NCBI GenBank assembly: GCA_963704655.1
Contig: OY969927.1
Coordinates: forward strand, 864,001 to 928,000
Direction: 5' to 3'
DNA: 64,000 nt
Origin: an uncultured Candidatus Babeliaceae bacterium
Lineage (GTDB): Bacteria > Babelota > Babeliae > Babelales > Babelaceae
Each line of letters begins with the position of its first letter. Positions within the stretch are counted from its first letter, which is position 1. Made by a program: the position numbers and the translations under genes. Below, in pieces: positions 28,281 through 37,790 of the stretch. Under the pieces are notes generated by a model. It had not been told where the DNA came from. It did not search any database and was given only the letters and a program-made list of their open reading frames with translations.

Positions 28281-29246
28281 ATGAGTATGAAGAGATTATT
28301 ATTTATTATATCGCTTATAACCTTTGCTCATTATACATATGCACAAAGAGTTAACAAAGAGACCCTTTCAGCCTTAACAACGCCTATTGTATTTACACGC
28401 ATTGGCCTTGAATCATTTTTTGTTGAACAGTTTAACTCACCATTATATACCGAATGTGTACTACCTTCGCATTTTGGTCACCTTGCTTATTTGTTGCACT
28501 ATAGCAGTAATGTGCAAGAACCGTATGATTTCGTTTTAGGAATATTCGATATATTCCATACCCGCATGAAAGATTGCCATTGGATAAATGCTCTGTCATT
28601 TAGTTTATTACTTGACCAGCTTCCTGGATACTTACAAGATATGTGCGTCCAAAAAGAGCAGGAATTATTAGAAGAGTCAATTAAAGACATTTTATATAAA
28701 CGTCTTTTTGCCCGGTTTACTAAACTTTCAAACAACCCTATGGATGGTATCAATAGCATGGATACATTCTTAGAAACTATCGACCAAGTCGTTAAGCCAA
28801 CTGCGCACGAAATTTCTGAGCTGGTAACAAAATCGGCACAAAAACGACAAGTAAGAGAGTTACAAGAAATTGTAACCCGCTTTATTGAAAGTGCGTTAGA
28901 AAAAATTGTGTGGAACCCACAAACCCAGCACGATTCATGGGATTCTTTATGCATTCTAGCAGAGCAAATTCGCCAATTACATGATTGTGGAATTATATAC
29001 TCGCCTAAAACGCTTAACCATCTTTATTGGACACTTTTATACCGCTATGGGTACTTTTTAAGATCCACAAAAGATATTCTAAACCCAGAAGTATTTGAAT
29101 ACATCAAAGCAGATATTGGTATGCACCATTATGATTGGCTGGCTACAGCAGAAGCTGAAGAGTTCTTAACTCCTAAAAAAGAATATCTTACCTATGTCTT
29201 GTGGGAATGTATTACCGACCGAGAAGCTCAAAGGGTTTTATTATAA
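28281..29246 (+). CDS. Hypothetical secreted protein
   Basis: Long ORF with signal peptide. Confidence 0.75.
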   Translation: MSMKRLLFIISLITFAHYTYAQRVNKETLSALTTPIVFTRIGLESFFVEQFNSPLYTECVLPSHFGHLAYLLHYSSNVQEPYDFVLGIFDIFHTRMKDCHWINALSFSLLLDQLPGYLQDMCVQKEQELLEESIKDILYKRLFARFTKLSNNPMDGINSMDTFLETIDQVVKPTAHEISELVTKSAQKRQVRELQEIVTRFIESALEKIVWNPQTQHDSWDSLCILAEQIRQLHDCGIIYSPKTLNHLYWTLLYRYGYFLRSTKDILNPEVFEYIKADIGMHHYDWLATAEAEEFLTPKKEYLTYVLWECITDREAQRVLL

Positions 29247-29336
29247 CACTGCAACAAACTCAGGATGAGCGACTCGCTTAAGTACTATAGACCCACGACC
29301 GCTCGTGGTGAGCGCAGTCGAATCCATGCGGTCGTG
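29246..29336. repeat. Degenerate plus intact palindromic repeat doublet between convergent genes
   Basis: ctcaggatgagcg and cacgaccgctcgtggtgagcgcagtcgaatccatgcggtcgtg. Confidence 0.85.
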
Positions 29337-30008
29337 CTAACTTTTTTGATTGATAGACATCTGAACACTCAGCGTAAATTGCAAATCTTGTAAACCGGTA
29401 AGAATTCTTATCGCGCCTGCAAGATCACGCATTTTTTCTTCATCTGCATTATGAGTAATCTCATTAATATAAGAAAAAAGTTTTGCCAACAAATTATCAA
29501 ACTGCTTTTTTTCACCTTCAGTAGCAGATTCATACCACATCTTAACAGGGCTCATCTGCTCAATAATCTCTTGAGTAAGTTCAGGGGTTTGCTCTGTTTG
29601 TGACTTGGTGTTAACCACAGCATTAGCTTCTCCATCATTTTCTATATTTTCTGTGTCAGTCGGCTGAAGAGTAACATCGATTTCTGTTACGAGTTTCATA
29701 TTGGTTAATTGAGTGATCTCTTCAAAATCTTCTAGAAGCTTTATAAATTCATCATCAGATTTACGAATAACATTAATTGACGCATCTACTAACCGCGCAG
29801 ACCATTTATGCAATTTAGTTTTTTCATCGTGAGACGCTTGCCCGTACCATACTTTAAGATCTGGATAGCCTTGCAAAATTTCTTGCAAAAAATTCTCTTG
29901 AACTTGATTAACAACCACACCAAAATCAAGATTTTCTTCTACCAATAATTCTATATCACAAAAAGCAAATGCGTGTATACACAAAGATAATAAAAATATT
30001 TTTTTCAT
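29337..30008 (-). CDS. Secreted acidic protein with two copies of a P-x3-WY-x2-A domain
   Basis: Start placed at MKKIFLL; YPDLKVWYGQAS and MSPVKMWYESAT. Confidence 0.75.
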   Translation of the reverse strand: MKKIFLLSLCIHAFAFCDIELLVEENLDFGVVVNQVQENFLQEILQGYPDLKVWYGQASHDEKTKLHKWSARLVDASINVIRKSDDEFIKLLEDFEEITQLTNMKLVTEIDVTLQPTDTENIENDGEANAVVNTKSQTEQTPELTQEIIEQMSPVKMWYESATEGEKKQFDNLLAKLFSYINEITHNADEEKMRDLAGAIRILTGLQDLQFTLSVQMSINQKS

Positions 30009-30051
30009 AAAATCACCTAAAAGTAAAAATTGGCTACCAACGTTTTTTAGC

Positions 30052-30079
30052 AAAACAGTGCGTTTTCACGCACTGTTTT
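30052..30079. terminator. Intrinsic terminator-like hairpin
   Basis: aaaacagtgcgt-tttc-acgcactgtttt. Confidence 0.75.
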
Positions 30080-30110
30080 TTTACATAAGAAATTTAATTA
30101 AAAAATTTAC

Positions 30111-30548
30111 TTAGTTTAAATCGTCATCTGAATCATCTGAATCATCAGCATCATCAGCTGCACCTGCTTGTTGTGCTTGTAATGCTTGAGCTAATTCTTG
30201 TGACATGAAATTAATCTGTACGGACCAGTTTGTGCGTCCTGTTAAATCACTTAATGCATTAAAGAGTTGGTTATAATTAGGAGCAAATTGTCCGTAAACA
30301 ATAATATTCAATGTTGCATATTGGACACAAAGAGCATTGAATTGGTCAACATCTTCATCAGAAGCATCATTATACCAAGCAGCCAAAGCAGGATCTTGGA
30401 GTAAGTTAGAAGCTAATTGATCGCCCGCAGCATTAAGCATTGCTTGTTGTGCAGCTATTTGTTCAGCTGTTGGAACTTGACCAACGGTATCTTGCGCGAA
30501 AACCGCTGACACGCTTAACAATGCCAATGGCAAGAATAGTTTTTTCAT
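30111..30548 (-). CDS. Secreted acidic protein with one P-x3-WY-x2-A domain
   Basis: Signal peptide; DPALAAWYNDAS; Asp-rich tail. Confidence 0.8.
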   Translation of the reverse strand: MKKLFLPLALLSVSAVFAQDTVGQVPTAEQIAAQQAMLNAAGDQLASNLLQDPALAAWYNDASDEDVDQFNALCVQYATLNIIVYGQFAPNYNQLFNALSDLTGRTNWSVQINFMSQELAQALQAQQAGAADDADDSDDSDDDLN

Positions 30549-30644
30549 AAAGGTATCCTTTTTTTGTAAAAAAAATTATCTATAGACACCGTTCAGTTTA
30601 ATTTGTTTTTCTAAAAATACAACGCAGAAAAAAATAGATCTCAT

Positions 30645-30672
30645 TTGACAATCACACCTTAGTACCTATAAT
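30645..30672 (+). promoter_or_regulatory. Sigma70-type promoter TTGACA-16-TATAAT
   Basis: Perfect hexamers upstream of the GNAT gene. Confidence 0.7.
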
Positions 30673-30718
30673 TTACCATGATATTTTTCAATTAATTTAA
30701 ACAAAGAGGATTGCTTTT

Positions 30719-31363
30719 ATGAAAAATACTATAAAATTTTTATCACTTGTTATGGCAACTTTTAACTTACCGTACCTTAATAGTTATACGACTTTAGATA
30801 CAATTACTTTAAGAAATGGTAAAGAAGTCGAAATACTTGAACTGTCATCTCCAGAAGATGACAAGCTTTTTCAAAAGGGAAAACAGGTATTTTTAAAGAC
30901 TTTTGAAAAAGCTTATAGCAATTTTTCCGCGCAAGATCTTTTTTTAAATGACGAGCTTGGTTATCTTCGCAAGCTTCTTGAAGCAGCATTTGAAGACGAA
31001 GAAAATGATTTTAAAGCAAACAAAGAAGATACCCACTTCTTGGTTGCACGCGTTACAAAAACAGATAACGTTATCGGCTTTGTTGCTCATGATATTAATC
31101 CAGAAAAAAGCGAAGTTTACATTCGCCAGTTAGCTATTGCATCTGAAATGCAAGAACAAGGCCTTGGTAAAAAAATGACGCTTGGAATTATTGGCAAAAT
31201 TGCTACTAAAGCTAAGAAAGTTTTAGTTTGCACACGCAAAATCAATGAACAAGCTAAACAATTTTATTATGCGCTTGGTTTCAAAGATTCTAATATGAAA
31301 AAGGTACACCCACAATTGCCTGAAGTTAAATATCAAGGATTTGAACTTTTGCTACAAGATTAA
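30719..31363 (+). CDS. GNAT family acetyltransferase with signal-like N-terminus
   Basis: VYIRQLAI...QEQGLGK, NEQAKQFYYALGF. Confidence 0.85.
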   Translation: MKNTIKFLSLVMATFNLPYLNSYTTLDTITLRNGKEVEILELSSPEDDKLFQKGKQVFLKTFEKAYSNFSAQDLFLNDELGYLRKLLEAAFEDEENDFKANKEDTHFLVARVTKTDNVIGFVAHDINPEKSEVYIRQLAIASEMQEQGLGKKMTLGIIGKIATKAKKVLVCTRKINEQAKQFYYALGFKDSNMKKVHPQLPEVKYQGFELLLQD

Positions 31364-31393
31364 AGACTAAAGTTAAGAACTCAATAAGTATAT

Positions 31394-31420
31394 AAGGGGT
31401 CTTTTGTAGACCCCTTTTTT
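31394..31420 (+). terminator. Intrinsic terminator
   Basis: aaggggtct-tttgt-agacccctt-tttt. Confidence 0.8.
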
Positions 31421-31481
31421 ATTAAGAAAAAATCCGATACGCTAAGAAACAGTATAAAAAATTTCTTTATTAAGGACCCCC

Positions 31482-32099
31482 ATGCAAAATGTTTTAAAAG
31501 GCACACTTGAAGTCATATGCGGCTCTATGTTTTCTGGCAAATCAGAAGAATTAATCAGACGTATCCGACGCGCAGAGTTTGCACAACAGCCAGTTCAGGT
31601 TTTTAAACATAGCCTTGATACCCGCAAAACTATTGAACACATTAATGCACATAGCGGATACAAATATCCTGCAACTGCAGCAGAAAATGCCCAAGCAATA
31701 AGAAATTTCTTATTACCAGAAACGTATATTATCGCCATTGATGAAATTCAATTTTTTGATGAAAGCATAGTACCATTATGCATGGAACTTATTGCACAAA
31801 AAAAGCGTGTAATTGTTGCCGGACTTGATTTAGATTTTCGCGGCCTGCCATTTGGCAAAATGCCAGAATTATTATCTTTAGCAGACAATGTCACTAAACT
31901 TAAAGCTGTATGTAATGTCTGCGGTGCAGATGCGCACCACACGCAACGCCTTGTTGGTGGAAAACCGGCTGACTTTAATGACCCGTTAATACAAATCGGC
32001 GCAGAAGATTGCTATCAAGCCCGCTGCCGCAGCTGTTTTAAAATAACCTATAATAATCATCACGAAAGCCAAAAAGGGTTACAATTTTATGGACTATAA
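31482..32099 (+). CDS. tdk: Thymidine kinase
   Basis: GSMFSGKSEEL, IDEIQFF, AGLDLDFRG, Zn-binding CxxC pairs. Confidence 0.96.
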   Translation: MQNVLKGTLEVICGSMFSGKSEELIRRIRRAEFAQQPVQVFKHSLDTRKTIEHINAHSGYKYPATAAENAQAIRNFLLPETYIIAIDEIQFFDESIVPLCMELIAQKKRVIVAGLDLDFRGLPFGKMPELLSLADNVTKLKAVCNVCGADAHHTQRLVGGKPADFNDPLIQIGAEDCYQARCRSCFKITYNNHHESQKGLQFYGL

Positions 32100-32448
32100 A
32101 GATAAAAGTATTAAAGAACTCCAGGAAATGATTCTACAGTTTGTTGACGAGCGCAATTGGCGCCAGTTTCAAACGCCAAAAAATATGAGTATGTACCTCA
32201 GTATCGAAGCCGCTGAACTTATGGAGCTCTTTTTGTGGTGCGAAAGCTCAACGTCAAAACAAACGCTTGAAGAAAAACGTACTGACGTTGAACATGAACT
32301 TGCTGATATTTTATACTGGGTTTTAAATTTTGCGGCGCAAAACAATATTAATTTATCTCAAGTTCTTGAACGAAAAATGGAGCTCAATCGTAAAAAATAT
32401 CCTGTAGATAAAGCAAAAAATAATTCACAAAAATATACAGAGTATTAA
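32089..32448 (+). CDS. MazG-like nucleotide pyrophosphohydrolase (dCTP diphosphatase type)
   Basis: ERNWRQF.TPKN, EAAELME, ELADIL, N.KKYP. Confidence 0.9.
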   Translation: MDYKDKSIKELQEMILQFVDERNWRQFQTPKNMSMYLSIEAAELMELFLWCESSTSKQTLEEKRTDVEHELADILYWVLNFAAQNNINLSQVLERKMELNRKKYPVDKAKNNSQKYTEY

Positions 32449-32457
32449 AGATAGGTA

Positions 32458-33807
32458 ATGGCAAAACCACAAAGTTTTTATCACTGTCAAAATTGCGATT
32501 TTAAAACTATAAAATGGCTTGGGCAATGCCCGGAATGTAAGGAGTGGAACACGCTCGAACAAGGCGCAGTATCGGCCGTAACGCCGCAAGCGCAAAAGAG
32601 CGTATCTTCACGCATCATCCCTATGAAAAAGCTTGCAGATGTGCAGACAACAAGCCACAAGCGCATGATTTGCGGTATTAATGAATGGGACCGTGTTACT
32701 GGCGGTGGATTAATGCTTGGGTCATTTATTATCTTAACCGGTGACCCTGGAATTGGTAAATCAACATTAATGTTGCAAGTGGCTTTCCATTTAGCCCATA
32801 AATATGATGTTTTATACTTTTCTTCAGAAGAATCACTTGAACAAGTTAAACAGCGCGCCGAGCGCTTGAGCTGCATTCACGAAAAACTTTTATTTTCTGA
32901 CCAGGCAAACCTTGATGAAGTTATCGCAACAACATTATCGTATAAGCCGCACTTGGTTATTATCGATTCAATACAAAACTGTTACTCTTCAGATACGCAC
33001 GCATTACCCGGCTCTATTGGGCAACTTAAAGAATCTGCATTTAGGCTTATGCGCCTGGCAAAAGAGAATATGATCACCGTTATGCTCAGCGGCCATATCA
33101 CTAAAGACGGCTTCATGGCCGGCCCAAAAACGCTTGAACATATGGTTGACGCCGTCTTTTATTTACAAGGTGAGGACCGTTGGCAAACACGTGTTTTGCG
33201 TTCAGTTAAAAATAGATTCGGCACGGTTAATGAAATCGGTTTTTTTGAAATGGACGCTTCAGGGTTACAAGAAGTTTCTAATATTAACCAGCATCTTTTA
33301 GAAGAAATTTCACATTCACCCGGGTCTGTTTTAGTCAGCCACTTAGAGGGCACACGCCCGATTTTATTAGAACTTCAAGCACTTACTATTGCATCAAAAT
33401 ATGGCATGCCACAACGTGTGGTAAGCGGACTTGAATCTGCCCAAGTAGTTTTAATTGCTGCGATTTTAGAAAAATATCTTAAAGTTAAGTTAAGCGGCCA
33501 AGATATCTTTTTTAAAGTGAGTGGCGGATTCAAAATTAAAGGAAGCAGTTTAGACTTAGGGATAGCGCTGGCATTACTTTCAAGCTATTTTCAAAAACCG
33601 TTGCCAGAAAAGTGCATTGCACTTGGAGAATTAAGCTTAACCGGGCAAATTAAGCCAATTAACCATATTGGGCAACATATGAGTGAGATCGAAAAATTTG
33701 GCATCACCAAACTATTCACCGCCCGCAACCAAAAACTCCCTGCAACGTCAATTAAAGTTCACTTTTTAAGCAACGTCTTTCAGCTTCTGGAGCTTTTTAA
33801 CGATTAG
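32458..33807 (+). CDS. radA: DNA repair protein RadA/Sms
   Basis: C4 zinc finger, GDPGIGKST, KNRFG, Lon-like C-terminus. Confidence 0.96.
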   Translation: MAKPQSFYHCQNCDFKTIKWLGQCPECKEWNTLEQGAVSAVTPQAQKSVSSRIIPMKKLADVQTTSHKRMICGINEWDRVTGGGLMLGSFIILTGDPGIGKSTLMLQVAFHLAHKYDVLYFSSEESLEQVKQRAERLSCIHEKLLFSDQANLDEVIATTLSYKPHLVIIDSIQNCYSSDTHALPGSIGQLKESAFRLMRLAKENMITVMLSGHITKDGFMAGPKTLEHMVDAVFYLQGEDRWQTRVLRSVKNRFGTVNEIGFFEMDASGLQEVSNINQHLLEEISHSPGSVLVSHLEGTRPILLELQALTIASKYGMPQRVVSGLESAQVVLIAAILEKYLKVKLSGQDIFFKVSGGFKIKGSSLDLGIALALLSSYFQKPLPEKCIALGELSLTGQIKPINHIGQHMSEIEKFGITKLFTARNQKLPATSIKVHFLSNVFQLLELFND

Positions 33808-33813
33808 ATCGTG

Positions 33814-34668
33814 TTACATAATTGAACATGCCACACTTGGTAAATTAACATTTTTCAGAGAATCGAATGTTTCACGATATTCTTCAGGTATAATTCTATC
33901 GCTATAAAAATTCATTTCTTTACGCAAGAATGAAATACGTTGAGCTAAAAAATCTGGGTCTGAAACGGGTTTATCTAAAGCAAAAAGTTCATGAATCATA
34001 GGATCTACAAAGTTTTTTTCTTGTAACGTTGCATCATCAATTTGTCTCATTTTTGTATTGATTAAGCCAGCCTCTTGATGAAGTAATAACATTTTTTTTG
34101 CAGATTCAAAGTAAGCTCTCTTAAATTCACCAAGATCAAGTTCTTTGCCATCTTGAGCTATTTTTCGTAATGCAACATCAGAAGAAATTTTAGAAAAATC
34201 TAAATGTTTTTCTGGCTCGAATTGCTCGAGAACCTTTTTTAATACATTAACACCTTCGAAAACCTTTTGAGAAAAGAACTTTTTTCTCTCTTCAGCATCC
34301 ATTGAAGATACCTCTTTAAGTGTTTTTCCACCACAAACTTTTGCTATAATGCTTGCAAACATATAATCAACTTGCAGCCTTTCCAACGAAGAACCGTCAA
34401 GAATTGGTGCATTTCCCGTAGCAAAGCTAAACATATTATGCGCCTTTGCCGCAGCGGACATATTTACTGAGATAGGGTATGTCAATGGTATCGCCCCATC
34501 AAAATGTTCTGCAAAATTCTCAACGCCCTCATCTGCCAAAATTTTCAAAACTTTTCGCGTATCAGATTCAGGCAATGTTTTAAATTCAGCTAAGGTTGTA
34601 TTAGACTTATCAACTTCTGATGCGAATGCAGGCGAAATTAAAAACAACCCAATTAATAATTTTTTCAT
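33814..34668 (-). CDS. Hypothetical secreted protein
   Basis: MKKLLIG signal peptide, RBS aaagga. Confidence 0.75.
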   Translation of the reverse strand: MKKLLIGLFLISPAFASEVDKSNTTLAEFKTLPESDTRKVLKILADEGVENFAEHFDGAIPLTYPISVNMSAAAKAHNMFSFATGNAPILDGSSLERLQVDYMFASIIAKVCGGKTLKEVSSMDAEERKKFFSQKVFEGVNVLKKVLEQFEPEKHLDFSKISSDVALRKIAQDGKELDLGEFKRAYFESAKKMLLLHQEAGLINTKMRQIDDATLQEKNFVDPMIHELFALDKPVSDPDFLAQRISFLRKEMNFYSDRIIPEEYRETFDSLKNVNLPSVACSIM

Positions 34669-34735
34669 ATTTTCCTTTTAAGTAATAAGTGCTTGAAAAG
34701 TATCATCTGAACGCATTATAGCATAAATATGATAT

Positions 34736-35320
34736 TCAACAACCACCAACCTGCAAAAGCAGTTGTATAATTTTTTTATTACCCATAATCTTTGCAAGCT
34801 CTATTGGCGTTAGACCTAGCCTTTGTGAATATGGGTTATGGAGTTGATTTCTATCAGCGCCATAATCCAAAAGTAACTTTATTATTTTGATATCAACATT
34901 TCTGCAAATAGCGTAAGAAAGCGCGTTTGTATTTAACGTATTATATCTTGAATCATTAAAGATCAGAGGGCCCTCAAAAACAATATTTGGGTATGCACCC
35001 GCTTCAAGCAGAAGCTTTACCCCTTTATATGAATGTGCATAAATAGCACCGGCCAAAGGACAATACCCCATGCTGGGAAATTTATTTGCATAGACATAAT
35101 CTGGGCTATACCCATTTGCAAGCTCTTTTGCCATTAATACCGCCAAACCCCTATACGCATACATAATAATGGGCGGCACAATATCATAAAAATATTCATT
35201 ATAATCACATCGAGCAGGCGGAAAAGAGAAGCTTTTTTCTGCATCTAATCTAAGTACTTCAAAAGATTCTGCAGGCACTGGTATAAAAAAGCAAACTAAC
35301 ACGAAGAAACCTAAACGCAC
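34736..35320 (-). CDS. Secreted ankyrin-repeat protein
   Basis: PLAGAI...VKLLLEAGA, ALSYAI...IIKLLLDYGA, TPIELA. Confidence 0.85.
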   Translation of the reverse strand: MRLGFFVLVCFFIPVPAESFEVLRLDAEKSFSFPPARCDYNEYFYDIVPPIIMYAYRGLAVLMAKELANGYSPDYVYANKFPSMGYCPLAGAIYAHSYKGVKLLLEAGAYPNIVFEGPLIFNDSRYNTLNTNALSYAICRNVDIKIIKLLLDYGADRNQLHNPYSQRLGLTPIELAKIMGNKKIIQLLLQVGGC

Positions 35321-35398
35321 GTAACCTCTTTAAAAATTATAATAATTACCTTACAATTTGATGAAGTCTTAATTAAACCTCTCTATGTAGAAGATAAT

Positions 35399-35728
35399 AT
35401 GGCAACACAAAGATACTTACTTCTGCTTTTATTCTTACCAATTTTAACAGTAAAAAAGCTACAAGCATTAGAAATAGATAAAGCTGAAATGATTGCTATC
35501 GAATTACTTGCAAATATCAAAAAGAACCCTCCAATTACCACTCAGCCACCATGGAAATGCAGGGTATGCGGTAACGACTGCGCTCACAAGAGCCGTCTAA
35601 AAGCACATCTTTATATCCATTATCCCAAAAGTAAACCATTTGTATGCACAGCTAGATTTTGCAATTTAAGATTTGCAGATAAAACCCATCTAAATTCACA
35701 TCTACAAAGACATAATAGCCAAAAATAG
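35399..35728 (+). CDS. Secreted tandem C2H2 zinc-finger protein
   Basis: CRVC...LKAHLYIH, linker YPKSKPF, CTARFC...F...LNSHLQRH; hydrophobic N-terminus. Confidence 0.85.
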   Translation: MATQRYLLLLLFLPILTVKKLQALEIDKAEMIAIELLANIKKNPPITTQPPWKCRVCGNDCAHKSRLKAHLYIHYPKSKPFVCTARFCNLRFADKTHLNSHLQRHNSQK

Positions 35729-35732
35729 TAGT

Positions 35733-35791
35733 TTAAAACGCGTAGGTAAATTGCAAGCCAACAGAACTTGTTAAATCGCCTGCTTGCCATT
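35733..35791 (-). repeat. Diverged duplicate of the 3' end of gene 36532..37773
   Basis: 49/60 identity to 36532-36591 by manual alignment. Confidence 0.85.
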
Positions 35792-36511
35792 TCAAGATTT
35801 ATGGTTTTTAAGTATAGAGCTAAAGCTTTCACCAAAAAAATCGCCATTTTCAGTATCTTTAATATGCGCATAATCTAATGCAGAAAGCCCATCGATCGAA
35901 TTAGTAATTAATGGATCCGCACCTGCTTTCAATAAAACCTCAAAAGCTTTTTTATTTCCTGAAGTAATACAAAGCATAAGTGGTGTAAGCCCTCGACTAC
36001 CAGGCCCAGCCCACCAATGTGAAACATTCACACCCGCACCATAATCTATAAGTAACTTAATAATACGAATATCTGCGTTTGTAAAAATCGCAAAGTGAAG
36101 AGGAAAAGTATTTCGAGCGTTAAAACCTTTTAAATACAGAGCATGTGTAAATAAAAGGGGTGCCTCAAATGGGATGCTTGTCCTTGCACCATTTTCCAAT
36201 AATAATTTTACACATTCATAGGAATTTGAATAAATTGCAGCACAAAGAGGGTTTACCCCAGCATGCGGCTGCTCTATCCCAACGACTAAATTAACATTAG
36301 ACCCAAGGAGTATATCTTGCTTAAGAGCATCGTAATCCCCTTTATATGCATCGACTATAATTGCCGGCATATCTTCCCAATCTTCAATAGCATGCGGCAA
36401 AAAAAAGTCATTTGATACTGGCACAGGTAAATCGAGATAATTACAATCAACCCAGCCAATCGCAAAAACAACAGTAGATAATGTCACAAATAAAATATTT
36501 TTTGTCTTCAT
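35792..36511 (-). CDS. Secreted ankyrin-repeat protein, paralog of 34736..35320
   Basis: NPLCAAI...VKLLLENGA, PLHFAI...IIKLLIDYGA, TPLMLC. Confidence 0.88.
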   Translation of the reverse strand: MKTKNILFVTLSTVVFAIGWVDCNYLDLPVPVSNDFFLPHAIEDWEDMPAIIVDAYKGDYDALKQDILLGSNVNLVVGIEQPHAGVNPLCAAIYSNSYECVKLLLENGARTSIPFEAPLLFTHALYLKGFNARNTFPLHFAIFTNADIRIIKLLIDYGAGVNVSHWWAGPGSRGLTPLMLCITSGNKKAFEVLLKAGADPLITNSIDGLSALDYAHIKDTENGDFFGESFSSILKNHKS

Positions 36512-36531
36512 GATACACCTAATTTTAATAA

Positions 36532-37773
36532 CTAGAAAGCATACGTAAGCTGCAAGCCGACAGAACTTGTTACAATCGCACGCTTGCCATTAAAGCCGTA
36601 TTTTCCAAACAGCATAAGGTTCGGGCGTGAGCCGGAAGTTTCATACTGGTTAAACTCATAATTAAGTTTAAATATAAACTGGTGCGTAGTGTATTCTTGT
36701 ACACTTTCAGCATCGTTTATAATCTGGAAATTACCATAATTTGTTACTGGATAATATGTATCGTCATTATGCTTAAAATATTGATACAATAAAGAAGCGC
36801 TTAGGCCCTGGTAAATGCTGCGTTTTTCAAGCATAAAAGTGTATTGCTGAGTAAAACCGGGGTCAACATATACGCGGTCCTTGGCGATTAATAAAAGATC
36901 TGTTTGTGCAATATCAGTTTTAATTCTGCGTGTTTTGGTATTACCAAATAGTTGCAAAAACTCTAAATCTATCATAAAGCGCCAGTCATAATTCATAAAC
37001 AAATTTAAGTTTCCACCAAAATATACCCCATAGCCTTGATCATACCCAAAAGGTAATGCAAGAAGTTTAGAAATATCCTCTTTTTTACCGGTAGGAAAAT
37101 TTAAACCACCACGTACACTTAAGCGAACATTACGCAAAACAGGCTTCATCTGCCAAAAATCTTGTTGCCATTTTACAAAAACAACGGTATCACCAAAACC
37201 AAGGCGCTTCCAGCCATTATACAAATCTATGCAACCAACTTGACCCACAGTAGAAAGCAGCTGAGGAAAATTATTATTTTCAAATTCAGTGTGCTTATTT
37301 TCTTCCGTCCAACAAATATCACTTAAGCTCGCATATAAAAATGGCACATACCCATGGAGCGAAACATTATGCGCCAATTTCGCCTGAAGACCCAACATAC
37401 CATTTAAGGGAATCGTTAGCGTTGCGTGTGGTATGAATATGCCATGGGTTAGATTATCGTCGTTTACATCAAAAATTTGTGCGTATTGCCCTGCTTGGGT
37501 TTCTGGAGCAAAACCCTTAAATGCGGCAATAGCATCTTGGGTGCAATTAAAAAGCTGCAACACATTCGAACTACCGCCGGTTTTTGGATTAAAAGCTTGC
37601 GCTGAACAAATACCTTCATAACCAAGCTGAAAACTAAAGCGTGTTTCGTTGCGCGGGTCCGGCTGCAAAAAAATATTGTACGGCTGTAAAACGTTTGTTC
37701 TAAAAACTGCATCTACATTAATAATGAGTATGCTAAAAAGTATATATATACCATAACGAATGTTCATATTCAC
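36532..37773 (-). CDS. Probable outer-membrane beta-barrel protein
   Basis: Signal peptide; GFGD, GGLNFPTG; ends VGLQLTYAF. Confidence 0.6.
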   Translation of the reverse strand: MNMNIRYGIYILFSILIINVDAVFRTNVLQPYNIFLQPDPRNETRFSFQLGYEGICSAQAFNPKTGGSSNVLQLFNCTQDAIAAFKGFAPETQAGQYAQIFDVNDDNLTHGIFIPHATLTIPLNGMLGLQAKLAHNVSLHGYVPFLYASLSDICWTEENKHTEFENNNFPQLLSTVGQVGCIDLYNGWKRLGFGDTVVFVKWQQDFWQMKPVLRNVRLSVRGGLNFPTGKKEDISKLLALPFGYDQGYGVYFGGNLNLFMNYDWRFMIDLEFLQLFGNTKTRRIKTDIAQTDLLLIAKDRVYVDPGFTQQYTFMLEKRSIYQGLSASLLYQYFKHNDDTYYPVTNYGNFQIINDAESVQEYTTHQFIFKLNYEFNQYETSGSRPNLMLFGKYGFNGKRAIVTSSVGLQLTYAF

Positions 37774-37790
37774 TACCTATTTTGTCTCAT

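Noticed and set aside
35620-35871. 83-aa minus-strand ORF
   Set aside because: Overlaps two better-supported genes and the duplicated gene-end remnant
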